Virus record (IMG/VR): IMGVR_UViG_3300011115_000086
Source: a virus
DNA length: 33,965 nucleotides
Reading direction: 5' to 3' (one strand)
Shown here: one piece after another, positions 17,991-26,863 of the stretch
Layout: each line of letters opens with the position of its first letter
How positions within the stretch are numbered: position 1 is the first letter of the stretch
Notes under the pieces: generated by a model
Seen by the model: the letters and a program-made list of their open reading frames with translations, nothing else
Database searches by the model: none
Told to the model about the DNA's origin: nothing
Translations under genes and position numbers: made by a program

Positions 17991-19370
17991 ATGGCAACTT
18001 ACACACCAGTAGCGGCGCTATCAAAACCTACGCCGCCAATGTCTTTGGCTGAAATGGTTAACCTTGCTGGCGGCATACAATCGTACCAGCAAGCGCAACA
18101 AGTCAACCCATTGTTATTGCGCCAGCAACTAGCTACAACTGATGTTGCAGAGCAAACTGCTGCGCCTAAAATTTCTACTGCTATAAGCGAGGCTGCTACT
18201 TCTTTAACAGGTTCGCAATCTGCGGCTATGAAATTAAAGCAAGACCAAGCAAAAGAAATTGGTAGTGGGTATGTGGGCGCAGTAAATGACCCTTTGATTT
18301 TGGAGGCGGCAAAAAACCCCAACGGAATTGATAAAAGCAAATTAGTAAATTTTGTACAAAATTGGGCTAAAACTCAAGCCAAAGCTGGAGGAATTCCAGA
18401 AGATAGAGCCGTTGAACTTGCTGCCCCCTATATTGACATTGCCAATAACAATCCCGCTGCTTTGCGTGATTACATGATTCAACGTCACATAAAAGGATTA
18501 AATGACGCAGCACAAGTTTCTTCATATCAACCAACAACGCAAGTTGATGCAAGCGGTCGCACAATTACTCAAACACCAAATATAGGCAGAGCACCGACAG
18601 TAGAAGTTGGACAGGCTGTTGGATTTCAAACAAACGCCCCTACTAACGTTATCGCAGGTGCAGAAGTTGCGCCCGGTATGCGTGTGCCTTACCCTGTTAG
18701 AAAGGCTGACACGCCTTACAGACCTGAACCTACTGAAATTGCAGACCAAAATTCAGGAGTTGAATACCGTAATCGCATAGTAAACGCCCAAGGCACTTTG
18801 TCTGAAAATCGCCGAAACGTAGAAGAAGTTATAAAACAAGCCAACCTTATTGGTCAAAACCTTTTTGAAATAGAAAAGGGCGGCGGTCTTATTGGCAAGG
18901 CTGGTCAAAAAATTAGAATGGCAATCAACAGTGCAGAATACGAAGTTTTGGCTAAAGACCTTGCAAAGCTGGCTTTGTCTAACGCAAATGCTTTGGGCGG
19001 TGCAAGTAATACCGTTTCAGGTTTGGATATGCAGTCAGTGGCAAATGGCACAATCAAAATGCCCCCTGAAAAGTTAATAGAAATTGCTCAAAGAGTGCAA
19101 GCCGACCAAACTAACCTTGATTTGCAAGCAAAGGGCGCACAACAATTTGCTCAAAGGTTTGGCGACAACAACATGAAAGCCTATCAACAGGCTTGGAACG
19201 CCAATGCGGACAGCAAAATTTTTGAAGCAATGAACATTATTAAAAGTGAACAAGACCCTGCCAAACTAAAGAAAGAATTGGACAGGCTGTTTCCGTCAAA
19301 AGCTAAACACGATGAATTTTTAAACAAGTATAGAAATCTAAAAAAATTATCTGAAACAGGGACGCAATAA
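17991..19370 (+). CDS. Putative internal virion / ejection protein (459 aa)
   Basis: Large Ala/Gln/Asn-rich helical protein between two other internal-protein candidates; call made by position. Confidence 0.45.
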   Translation: MATYTPVAALSKPTPPMSLAEMVNLAGGIQSYQQAQQVNPLLLRQQLATTDVAEQTAAPKISTAISEAATSLTGSQSAAMKLKQDQAKEIGSGYVGAVNDPLILEAAKNPNGIDKSKLVNFVQNWAKTQAKAGGIPEDRAVELAAPYIDIANNNPAALRDYMIQRHIKGLNDAAQVSSYQPTTQVDASGRTITQTPNIGRAPTVEVGQAVGFQTNAPTNVIAGAEVAPGMRVPYPVRKADTPYRPEPTEIADQNSGVEYRNRIVNAQGTLSENRRNVEEVIKQANLIGQNLFEIEKGGGLIGKAGQKIRMAINSAEYEVLAKDLAKLALSNANALGGASNTVSGLDMQSVANGTIKMPPEKLIEIAQRVQADQTNLDLQAKGAQQFAQRFGDNNMKAYQQAWNANADSKIFEAMNIIKSEQDPAKLKKELDRLFPSKAKHDEFLNKYRNLKKLSETGTQ

Positions 19371-22045
19371 TGGATGTTTTAGAACAATATCTAGGCGGCG
19401 GGAAAGCGGCTGCCCCGTCCACGCCTACGCCGTCCACACCCGGACGGTCTGTGGTTACGGATCAATTGCTGGATAGCTTAAAAAAGGTCGAAAGCGATAA
19501 AGACCCGTTTGCCTTAAACAAACAGTCCAAGGCAATGGGCGCTTATCAATTTATGCCAGAAACCGTGCAAATGCTGCACAAGCAAGGCATAGAATTTAAC
19601 CCGTTTAATGAAAAGCAAGCCAGAGAAGCTGCGCGTACCTATTTGGGCCAATTGGTTGACCGTAACAAAGGCGATGTGGATAAGGCGCTGGCACAATATG
19701 GCGGGTTTATAACCAAAGACCCATCGGGCTATGTCAACAAGGTCAAGCAAGGTCAAGCCGCAGCGCCATCAACAACTTCAACTGCACCAGCCGCGCCTGC
19801 ACAGACTTCTGCTGATCCATTGGAAGCGTTCTTGTCTGGTAAGCCTGCAACCGCACCATCACAGGCCGCCCCAGCCCAGCCAGCCCAACCAGCCCAAACC
19901 GTAGCGCAGCCAGCCCCAGCAATTTCTGGTCAAGCACAGCCATCCAGAATTGCCAACATAGCAGCCCAGACATTTAATAAGTATCAAGACGTAAAAAGAG
20001 ACTTGGGAGAACGTGTTGTTGGGGCTATTGATACCGCTTATGGAATCGTGCCTACTATGTATGGCGCTGGTGTTCAGGCTTTGGCTAGAACCGTAAACAC
20101 GCCACAAAGGGCCGAACAAATTGGACAAGCCGCAGCTGCATCGATTGACAAGCCATTAGGCAAAGCAATTGGCATCACTGGCAGCGAAGCCTATCAAAAG
20201 CCATTGGGCGGGATAACTGAACCAATTGCTCAGCAAGTTAACAAGATGTTTAACGCTTTGGGAATGACTCCAGAACAAATATCTGAAAAAACAGGCATAC
20301 CGCCCGAAGATATTAGAAACATGGTTGTCATTGGGTCTGCTGCTTTGCCTCAAGCCATCAGAGAAGTTTCGCCAGTTGTTGGGAAAGCAGTTCAACCTTT
20401 GCGTGAAATGGCAAAAGAATTGGAGATAGTCGGCCCCGGACAGCTGACAAAACAACAAATGCAGGCGCAGTTTGAAGCTGCACAAGGAAAAATTCCAGCT
20501 GGTAGCGTAGGCGCGGCTGGGACACAAAACAATCCATATTTTGGCAAGATCACAGGCGAAGAAACCGTTCGCGGTCAATTCCCACAAGTCAAGCTATCCA
20601 AGACCCCGAACGATGTGCCAGTGAACGAGCAAATGCTTCGGTCACAAATAGCTCAGGAAATTATGCCGGGCGGCGGTGTTAGACCGGGTGTTGTCACTGG
20701 TAACGAAAACCTATTGCGGAACGAATACACAAAGGCAAAATTAGACACGCCAGAAGGCCAATTGTTTAAGCAACAAATTGCCAATGAACAAACAGCGTTG
20801 TCAAAATATGCCGAAGATCGGGTAAACGCTACAGGCGCATCCCGCAGCCTAATTAATGATGAACAACGTGGGCAAAGCATTAATGACGTAATTCATGGCG
20901 TATCGCCAGACGGCTCAGGCCCATTGAGCTTGATGGGTTATTTTAAAGATTCCAAAAAACAAATTTACGATTCCGCTTTTCAACGTGTTGGCAACAATCA
21001 AATTAAAACCGCAAATACAGATTCATTTTTTAACAACGCACAACAATTAGCAACTGCTGAAAAAGATGGAACACTTAATTTTTTAAATGGGGCAAAAAAA
21101 GAAATTGAACTGGCAAAAACTGTAGGGTATGAACTGCCTGATGGAAAAATAGCTCCAGCTAATTCTGTGGCTGCCCTCAATGCGGTAATAAAAAGCAACA
21201 ACGCTGCATGGACTCCAGAAAAAGCAAACACAATTAGAAAAATAAACGCAGCCATCAATAAGGATATTGCGGCGGTTGCTGACCCATCCCTTTACAAACT
21301 TGGCGACAAAATTCACAAGCTAGAAAAAGAATTATTTGAATCTAGAGGCATAGACAAAATTTTTGGTGAAGTTGACAAAAATGGTGTGGTTACGTCAGCT
21401 ACAGCTCTGGAAAAAATACCATCCAAGTTGAACAATATGCCCAAAGACCAATGGCGGCATATTCGGGACACGTTGAACGAACTAGCAAGCGGAAGAATTA
21501 GAAACGCGCCAGAAGGAATGCCGCCTATACCGCCAGAATTGATGCAATCAGCTAAAGCTGCTGTAGCTGAAATGGATGGGGCTTTGGCCCGTGAAATCCA
21601 AAAAGCTGGTGCATCAAAAATGGGCGAATGGAATCAGAATTCAGCAAACAATGTGATGAACTCGGTTGTGGGACAAAAAATCCTAGAAACGTTTCCACCA
21701 ACTGAAATACAAAAATTCCACATTTTAAATTATGCTGGTCACTTAATGCCGGGTATACACGGCTATGAGGGCGCAGCACTTCAAGGAAGGCGCGTTGGCT
21801 TAATTGAGGGTAATTTAGGCAAGTTAGGGGCAGGAACAGGGGCAACTATTGGCGGCGCTATTGGAGAAGCGCCCGGCGCTGCTATTGGTGCTTACATTGG
21901 CGGTCAAGCTGGTGTAAGAGCATCAGAAAAAATGGCAGCAAAAGCACTAAATAAAGAAGCCTTGAAAGCCCAAAAAGAAATGGAAAAAGCTAAGGCGCTT
22001 GGTAAACAATCAGGTCAAAATAAAATTAACGATTTGAACAAATAA
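19370..22045 (+). CDS. Internal virion / ejection protein with an N-terminal lytic transglycosylase (SLT) domain
   Basis: KKVESDKDPFALNKQSKAMGAYQFMPETV ... ALAQYGG is the ES / GxxQ / AYxxG pattern of SLT domains. 891 aa, with a Pro/Ala/Gln linker (AQPAQPAQTVAQPAPA). Confidence 0.7.
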   Translation: MDVLEQYLGGGKAAAPSTPTPSTPGRSVVTDQLLDSLKKVESDKDPFALNKQSKAMGAYQFMPETVQMLHKQGIEFNPFNEKQAREAARTYLGQLVDRNKGDVDKALAQYGGFITKDPSGYVNKVKQGQAAAPSTTSTAPAAPAQTSADPLEAFLSGKPATAPSQAAPAQPAQPAQTVAQPAPAISGQAQPSRIANIAAQTFNKYQDVKRDLGERVVGAIDTAYGIVPTMYGAGVQALARTVNTPQRAEQIGQAAAASIDKPLGKAIGITGSEAYQKPLGGITEPIAQQVNKMFNALGMTPEQISEKTGIPPEDIRNMVVIGSAALPQAIREVSPVVGKAVQPLREMAKELEIVGPGQLTKQQMQAQFEAAQGKIPAGSVGAAGTQNNPYFGKITGEETVRGQFPQVKLSKTPNDVPVNEQMLRSQIAQEIMPGGGVRPGVVTGNENLLRNEYTKAKLDTPEGQLFKQQIANEQTALSKYAEDRVNATGASRSLINDEQRGQSINDVIHGVSPDGSGPLSLMGYFKDSKKQIYDSAFQRVGNNQIKTANTDSFFNNAQQLATAEKDGTLNFLNGAKKEIELAKTVGYELPDGKIAPANSVAALNAVIKSNNAAWTPEKANTIRKINAAINKDIAAVADPSLYKLGDKIHKLEKELFESRGIDKIFGEVDKNGVVTSATALEKIPSKLNNMPKDQWRHIRDTLNELASGRIRNAPEGMPPIPPELMQSAKAAVAEMDGALAREIQKAGASKMGEWNQNSANNVMNSVVGQKILETFPPTEIQKFHILNYAGHLMPGIHGYEGAALQGRRVGLIEGNLGKLGAGTGATIGGAIGEAPGAAIGAYIGGQAGVRASEKMAAKALNKEALKAQKEMEKAKALGKQSGQNKINDLNK

Positions 22046-22054
22046 GGAAGCATC

Positions 22055-22843
22055 ATGGCAGTAAATCTTTCGCCGATTGGCAACGCCCAGCAATTCTTTG
22101 ACAACACTGGAATTCCTTTAAATGGTGGGTTGTTGTATACCTACCAAGCTGGATCAACCACCCCGCTGGCAACCTATACAGACATCAACGCCACTGTTGC
22201 TAATGCCAATCCAATTGTGCTGGACGCATCTGGACGTTTGGCTAGTGAAGTTTGGCTAACTTATGGCGTGAACTATAAGTTTGTGTTAAAAAATTCCGCA
22301 GGCAGCACCATTGGCACTTATGACAATATTTACGGCATTGTGGGCGTTCAAACTGCGGTTGGCACTACCATCCCACTAGGGGTGATTACGCTTTGGTACG
22401 GGTCGATTGGCAGCGTTCCAACAGGCTGGTATTTGTGCGATGGCGCAAATGGCACACCTGATTTGCGCGATAAATTTATAGTTGCGGCTGGTTCAACCTA
22501 TGCGGTTGGTGCAAGTGGCGGCACTGCTAATTCAATCGTTGTTTCCCACGATCACACATACAGTTCTACAACCGGATCGGCTGGTTCTGCAACTGGTACT
22601 GTTACTGGCGGCTTTGGTAGCGACTTTGGTATATTTAATGGCGCTACTGGGGTTTTTGCTACATCTGGTAGTTTGTCAAATCGTCCTCAAGGTGCAGCCG
22701 GTACTGGAAGCCAAAATACAGCAACACTTACCATCCCAACCCATACCCACACCGTTAGCGGCACAACAACTACTGCTGGTGTGTCTGGCACAAACGCAAA
22801 CTTGCCACCTTATTACGCGCTGGCGTATATCATGAAAAGCTAA
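22055..22843 (+). CDS. Tail fibre protein with a phage tail-collar domain
   Basis: ITLWYGSIGSVPTGWYLCDGANGTPDLRDKFIVAAG is the tail-collar (MdpB-like) signature. Confidence 0.7.
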   Translation: MAVNLSPIGNAQQFFDNTGIPLNGGLLYTYQAGSTTPLATYTDINATVANANPIVLDASGRLASEVWLTYGVNYKFVLKNSAGSTIGTYDNIYGIVGVQTAVGTTIPLGVITLWYGSIGSVPTGWYLCDGANGTPDLRDKFIVAAGSTYAVGASGGTANSIVVSHDHTYSSTTGSAGSATGTVTGGFGSDFGIFNGATGVFATSGSLSNRPQGAAGTGSQNTATLTIPTHTHTVSGTTTTAGVSGTNANLPPYYALAYIMKS

Positions 22844-22845
22844 TC

Positions 22846-23046
22846 ATGGAAGTTGATCTAGTCAAATACGGTGTGCTTTGGCAAAAAGTTCAGGACATGG
22901 ACAAAAAAATGGACAAGGTTGAACGCCAACTTGAAGAACTGGTTGCCTTGGCAAACAAGGGGCGCGGTGGCTTTTGGTTTGGCATGACGTTTGTTTCAGG
23001 CATGTCTGCTGTGGTTGGTTACCTCCTGAACAATTGGAAGCACTGA
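22846..23046 (+). CDS. Tail-anchored small membrane protein (66 aa)
   Basis: Charged coiled-coil N-terminal half (KVQDMDKKMDKVERQLEELVALA), then one C-terminal TM segment (FWFGMTFVSGMSAVVGYLL). Confidence 0.55.
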   Translation: MEVDLVKYGVLWQKVQDMDKKMDKVERQLEELVALANKGRGGFWFGMTFVSGMSAVVGYLLNNWKH

Positions 23047-23047
23047 T

Positions 23048-23173
23048 GTGGAAGCGCTGCCACCACCCCCGCCAGCGGCGCAATCGCCTGTCTTTGAGTG
23101 CATAAAATGGACTTGGACACCTGACCGTCTGCTGGTCTGGTGCTTGCAGTGGCGGGAGAAGAAAAATTATTGA
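23048..23173 (+). CDS. Possible Pro-rich 41-aa ORF (GTG start)
   Basis: The GTG lies 2 nt after the previous stop. Product VEALPPPPPAAQSPVFECIKWTWTPDRLLVWCLQWREKKNY. Its stop TGA 23171-23173 overlaps in-frame ATT 23169 of the next frame. Weak support. Confidence 0.25.
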   Translation: MEALPPPPPAAQSPVFECIKWTWTPDRLLVWCLQWREKKNY

Positions 23174-23246
23174 TCCACTTACAGCCCTAGCAGGCATACA
23201 GGCAGCTGTTGCTCTCATCAAAAAAGTCAGCAAAACTGTTGACGAT

Positions 23247-23636
23247 GTGTCCTCGCTCGGCCCCGTTTTGGGCAAGTACTTCGATGCCAAGTCCACGGCT
23301 ACTAAAGCTGTTGTTCAGGCCAAGAAGTCCAAGTCCTCGATGGGGACTGCTATCCAAATCGAGATGGCGCTGGATCAGGCCAAGCGGTTTGAGGATGAGC
23401 TACAGCTCTTGTTTATGCAAAGCGGAAAGATTGATGTGTGGAACAAGATCAAGTCTAGGGCGGCGGCAATGGATGTGGAATCTGCCCATGACGCTAGACG
23501 GGAACGAGAAGCGGCGGCGCAGCGCAAGCGAGAGATGGATGAAGCAATTGAACTTGCGCTGATGGCGCTTGTCTTTTTTAGCTTGCTTGGCGCTATCCTT
23601 TATTTCAGCTTTGGCATCATGGAGCAGCGTGGGTGA
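23247..23636 (+). CDS. Tail-anchored coiled-coil membrane protein; the true start may be upstream
   Basis: Track ORF (GTG 23247) without an SD. The frame is open from 23106 and encodes plausible sequence (IIDPLTALAGIQAAVALIKKVSKTVDD) after GGGAG plus ATT codons at 23166/23169. C-terminal TM segment LALMALVFFSLLGAILYFSFGI. Confidence 0.55.
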   Translation: MSSLGPVLGKYFDAKSTATKAVVQAKKSKSSMGTAIQIEMALDQAKRFEDELQLLFMQSGKIDVWNKIKSRAAAMDVESAHDARREREAAAQRKREMDEAIELALMALVFFSLLGAILYFSFGIMEQRG

Positions 23637-24241
23637 GCGCCGAACAACTGAGCCTAGTTGACAAGGTGCTGGCGTATGTCAGCAGCCCGTTTCGGTTGTT
23701 CGCAATGGTGTTAATGGCGGTCTTAACATTTGCAGGCTATTTTGTATATACAAACCAAGAACTTCTAATTGGTGCTTACAAGGAATCCAAAAAGATTCCG
23801 TCCATTGCAGAAGATCGGGTCGAGGACGCTGCTGCCCACCTGTTCAAGCAGTCAGGTGCGTTGGTGGTGGCGGTCTTCAAGGTCAACAGCATGTTTGGCA
23901 CAAGGGTGCTGTATAGGGCTTACGGAAAGAATGGCAGAGACAAAACAAATGACGGGCTAGACGTTGGCCTGTTCACCCAGAACGCAGCCAACAATGCCGA
24001 TGTAGTCAAGCTGATGGCAAACGAAATTCCATGCGGAGAATATCGTTCAGCACAAAGTGAAATGGGGCTTTGGTATATTTCCAAAGGTGTTGCCTACACA
24101 TGCCGCATTTCCGTGCCACCTGAACCCGGCAGATTTGTTGGACAAATTACAGTCGGATGGGCGGCAGAACCAGAAGACATGGACAGCACCCGTGCCATGC
24201 TACAAATTGCAGCAACAATGCTTTCAAGGAGTAAACAGTAA
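23633..24241 (+). CDS. Membrane-anchored protein (N-terminal TM plus ~160-aa globular domain)
   Basis: GTGA overlap with the previous gene. TM segment FRLFAMVLMAVLTFAGYFVY. Function unknown; lies directly upstream of the holin. Confidence 0.6.
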   Translation: MSAEQLSLVDKVLAYVSSPFRLFAMVLMAVLTFAGYFVYTNQELLIGAYKESKKIPSIAEDRVEDAAAHLFKQSGALVVAVFKVNSMFGTRVLYRAYGKNGRDKTNDGLDVGLFTQNAANNADVVKLMANEIPCGEYRSAQSEMGLWYISKGVAYTCRISVPPEPGRFVGQITVGWAAEPEDMDSTRAMLQIAATMLSRSKQ

Positions 24242-24738
24242 TGGATTGGCTAAAACAAATTGCGCCCACAATTGCCACTGCAATGGGTGGCCCACTAGCT
24301 GGCATGGCTGTCTCTGCCATCTCTAAAGCTATCGGTGTTGACCCCGACAAGGTGGGCGACTTGATCTCCAACAACAAACTGACAGCAGAGCAAATTGCTC
24401 AGGTCAAGATTGCAGAGATTGAACTGCAAAAGCAGGCGCAGGAACTTGGCCTTAACTTTGAAAAGCTGTCTGTAGAAGATCGAAAGTCTGCGCGTGACAT
24501 GCAGGCTGCGACAAGATCAATCGTGCCGCCTGCGCTGGCTGCAATCATCACTGTTGGCTTTTTTAGCATTCTAATTATGATGATGCTTGGAAAAGTAGAC
24601 GGAAACAACCCAACAATTTTAATGATGCTTGGCAGCTTGTCCACCGCTTGGACAGGAATCATTGCTTACTATTTCGGCTCATCAGCTGGTTCACAAGCCA
24701 AAACCGATCTACTTTCTAAAGCGCCTGCAATCAAATGA
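24241..24738 (+). CDS. Holin (GTA_holin_3TM-like)
   Basis: N-terminal hydrophobic segment, a central charged helix (AEIELQKQAQELGLNFEKLSVEDRKSARDMQ), then two TM segments. Lies directly upstream of, and overlaps, the endolysin gene. Confidence 0.6.
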   Translation: MDWLKQIAPTIATAMGGPLAGMAVSAISKAIGVDPDKVGDLISNNKLTAEQIAQVKIAEIELQKQAQELGLNFEKLSVEDRKSARDMQAATRSIVPPALAAIITVGFFSILIMMMLGKVDGNNPTILMMLGSLSTAWTGIIAYYFGSSAGSQAKTDLLSKAPAIK

Positions 24739-25145
24739 CAGAACATTTTACGCTTGCGGAACTGACCGCCACCAGCCACCGCCAGTTTGACAACACGCCA
24801 AACGAAACAGAAACTGCCAACTTGCAAAAGCTGGCTGAGTTTTTAGAACAAGTCAAAGAAGCGTTAGACGGAAAGCCAATCATGATTAACAGCGCTTTCC
24901 GGTCAAAGCAAGTCAACGACTCTGTAGGCAGCAAAGACACCAGCCAGCACCGAACGGGCTGCGCCGCTGATTTTAAAGTGCCTAGCATGACCCCTGACGC
25001 AGTGGTGAGGGCAATCATTGCGGCTGGCCTACCTTATGATCAGATCATCCGTGAATTTGACGCATGGACGCACATTAGCATCAGCGACACACCGCGCAGG
25101 CAGGCGCTGGTGATTGACAAATCAGGAACTAGGCCATTTGCGTAG
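24735..25145 (+). CDS. Endolysin, peptidase M15 (VanY / L-Ala-D-Glu peptidase-like)
   Basis: HFTLAELT..., INSAFRSKQVNDSVGSKDTSQHRTGCAADF and DAWTHIS give the H-D-H zinc ligand pattern of M15 peptidases. Confidence 0.85.
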   Translation: MTEHFTLAELTATSHRQFDNTPNETETANLQKLAEFLEQVKEALDGKPIMINSAFRSKQVNDSVGSKDTSQHRTGCAADFKVPSMTPDAVVRAIIAAGLPYDQIIREFDAWTHISISDTPRRQALVIDKSGTRPFA

Positions 25146-25236
25146 CGCCTTTAGTGGGTGCTGTCTCTCCAGCAGTCACGCATTTGCCGCCTGCGTTTGG
25201 CGAACTTACCAACCCACTCGGTAATCCGTAAAAACC

Positions 25237-25665
25237 CTAGAGGTTGGTTGCAATTGGTGGTGTGCATGTGTGAATTGTGGTCAGGTCAGCAGTGCGCTTG
25301 CCGCAGCGGGGGCAGAAGTTGCGCTCCTGCACTGGCAGGGGTGCTACACAGTTACATTCAGCGCAAGGCTCAGTGACAAAGTGTCGGAATGTCTGACAAG
25401 TTACGCCATGCGCTTCATACCGTTCAACCACTTTTAGCAGGTCAAAGTAATGTGACGCCAGTTTTGCGTTTGTGTCATTCACATCACGCGCTGCTTCAGC
25501 ATTGACTTCCTCGCGGGTAGGCTCCTGCTCTGGCTGTGCCAAGGCTTCTTTGATGGCGGTGATGGCATCATCAATCGTAGTATTGCCAAAGCCCATTGCG
25601 GGGCTGTACATTTTTTGCAGCTTCAAATATTCCAGCGCCAGCTTCAGTGCTTCGTCTTTAGTCAT
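25237..25665 (-). CDS. Hypothetical protein with a C-terminal zinc-ribbon-like Cys cluster (142 aa)
   Basis: ATG 25665 with GAAGGAGAAG upstream; ATGA overlap with the upstream gene. CAECNC...CPRCGK near the C-terminus. Track start 25737 is rejected. Confidence 0.6.
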   Translation of the reverse strand: MTKDEALKLALEYLKLQKMYSPAMGFGNTTIDDAITAIKEALAQPEQEPTREEVNAEAARDVNDTNAKLASHYFDLLKVVERYEAHGVTCQTFRHFVTEPCAECNCVAPLPVQERNFCPRCGKRTADLTTIHTCTPPIATNL

Positions 25666-25928
25666 GTGTTCTTCTCCTTCAAAGCCTTTTCCACAGCCTC
25701 CATAAACACCAGCCAGTCGGCAGACATGGCCCCGCACTCAAGCGCAATAGCCTCGCGCTCCCACTCGGTCAGGCCGACCCATTGTCGGTTTGAGGAATGC
25801 TCTTGAGGAATCTGAGGAATGGCTTGGGTAATGGCTTGGTGCTCAGGCAACACCTGTATCCGGTAAAACATCGCCTTGCCCTTATCGTAGAAGTCGTGGT
25901 TTCTTCCTGTGATGTAGCTTTTTTTCAT
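25662..25928 (-). CDS. Hypothetical early protein (88 aa)
   Basis: ATG 25928 overlaps the stop of the 31-aa ORF (ATGA). Contains GLTEWEREAIALECG. Confidence 0.55.
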   Translation of the reverse strand: MKKSYITGRNHDFYDKGKAMFYRIQVLPEHQAITQAIPQIPQEHSSNRQWVGLTEWEREAIALECGAMSADWLVFMEAVEKALKEKNT

Positions 25929-26020
25929 ATCAGCAGACTCCAAATCCAAAGCCCCGTAAAGAACATCAGGGCCGCTATCACCACCAGCGCCACCAGCTTC
26001 AGTGCTTCGTGTTTAGTCAT
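25925..26020 (-). CDS. 31-aa single-TM micropeptide
   Basis: MTKHEALKLVALVVIAALMFFTGLWIWSLLI. ATGA overlaps at both ends. The C-terminal 11 aa are identical to the end of the 89-aa protein at 26289-26558. Confidence 0.5.
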   Translation of the reverse strand: MTKHEALKLVALVVIAALMFFTGLWIWSLLI

Positions 26021-26292
26021 GCTTGTCCCCTTGCCTCAATCCATTTTGGAAACATCTTGCTCTGCGCTGGATAATTTTTATGCCAATCAGCAGAAGCCTT
26101 TTCATTCAGCCATTTCACGCCGTTTTCAAGGTCGGACATTACACATGAGTGCCACTCAGCGTAGATTTCTTCACGCTCTGCTGCTGCGACAAGGGCGGCA
26201 AAGCGCTCAAGGAATTTACGGTCTTCTTTAAGAGTGTGCTCCCAATCGTCACCAGCCTCACGCGCCATGCGGATGATGTCTTCGTTGGTCAT
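26017..26292 (-). CDS. Hypothetical early protein (91 aa)
   Basis: ATG 26292 with GGAG upstream; ATGA overlaps at both ends. MTNEDIIRMAREAG...FAALVAAAEREE. The longer track start 26397 is rejected. Confidence 0.55.
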   Translation of the reverse strand: MTNEDIIRMAREAGDDWEHTLKEDRKFLERFAALVAAAEREEIYAEWHSCVMSDLENGVKWLNEKASADWHKNYPAQSKMFPKWIEARGQA

Positions 26293-26558
26293 ATCAGTAA
26301 ACTCCAAATCCAAAGGCCGGTAAAAAACGCCATAGCAAAGAACACCATCAGCACTGCCATTACAGCGCCGATCATCAGCCGCCCCACTGTGTGCCATGTG
26401 TCCGGCACTGGGTCGATGTTGGCGGGTATCGCCGGATACGGGGCGATCTTGCGAATGGTTGTCTCCCCCGTGTCAAGAATAGCATCCGTAAATTGGCAGA
26501 AGCTGGCGCATTGTGGCGTATGTGGGCAGATGCCCCCCGTGTCGCATTGCCTATTCAT
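26289..26558 (-). CDS. Cys-rich protein with a C-terminal TM anchor (89 aa)
   Basis: N-terminus CDTGGICPHTPQCASFC; C-terminus LMIGAVMAVLMVFFAMAFFTGLWIWSLLI. ATGA overlaps at both ends. Confidence 0.55.
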   Translation of the reverse strand: MNRQCDTGGICPHTPQCASFCQFTDAILDTGETTIRKIAPYPAIPANIDPVPDTWHTVGRLMIGAVMAVLMVFFAMAFFTGLWIWSLLI

Positions 26559-26854
26559 ATTAATTCCCTTTGAAATGGGCTAATTTTCCATTCGCGTTCC
26601 ATGCGCCCTGAATAAGACTTGACAACATTACCCGTCAAGCAGATTTCGCCCTCACGTTCTAGTTCGTGCAGCCGTCTAGCAACTTGCATGGATTCAAGCC
26701 CCGTTATGGCGGCTATGCCATCTTTACCCAATGCGCCACCTTTGGCTAAACAATCCACAATCATTTGGGCGTGGCGTTTGGCAAGGTCTTTTGCAGACCC
26801 CGCCGCCTGCCAGCTGGTCAAAGGGTCTGTTTTTCTGTTTCTTGGATGCCGCAT
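26555..26854 (-). CDS. Winged-helix (MarR-like) DNA-binding protein
   Basis: IVDCLAKGGALGKDGIAAITGLESMQVARRLHELEREGEI is a typical wHTH recognition region. Confidence 0.55.
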   Translation of the reverse strand: MRHPRNRKTDPLTSWQAAGSAKDLAKRHAQMIVDCLAKGGALGKDGIAAITGLESMQVARRLHELEREGEICLTGNVVKSYSGRMEREWKISPFQRELI

Positions 26855-26863
26855 GGCTATTCC

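Noticed and set aside
9069-22843. Diversity-generating retroelement, as in BPP-1-like podoviruses (template/variable repeat pair near a fibre gene plus a reverse transcriptase).
   Set aside because: No reverse-transcriptase-like ORF occurs anywhere in the genome. I found no pair of ~100-150-nt near-identical DNA repeats differing at adenines near either fibre gene.
23209-23562. 117-aa plus-strand ORF in the lysis-proximal region.
   Set aside because: Its Arg/Ser/Leu/Trp-rich shadow-frame composition is unconvincing. The overlapping frame (23247-23636) gives a coherent coiled coil plus TM protein and is coupled to the next gene by GTGA.
25146-25236. Expected a bidirectional terminator in the convergent gap between the endolysin gene and the last leftward gene. 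Also considered plus-strand ORF 25158-25376.
   Set aside because: Only weak 4-5-bp stems are present (TGCTG...CAGCA, CGCA...TGCG), with no U tracts. The plus ORF is Cys/Arg-rich and overlaps the minus-strand gene. No feature is called.
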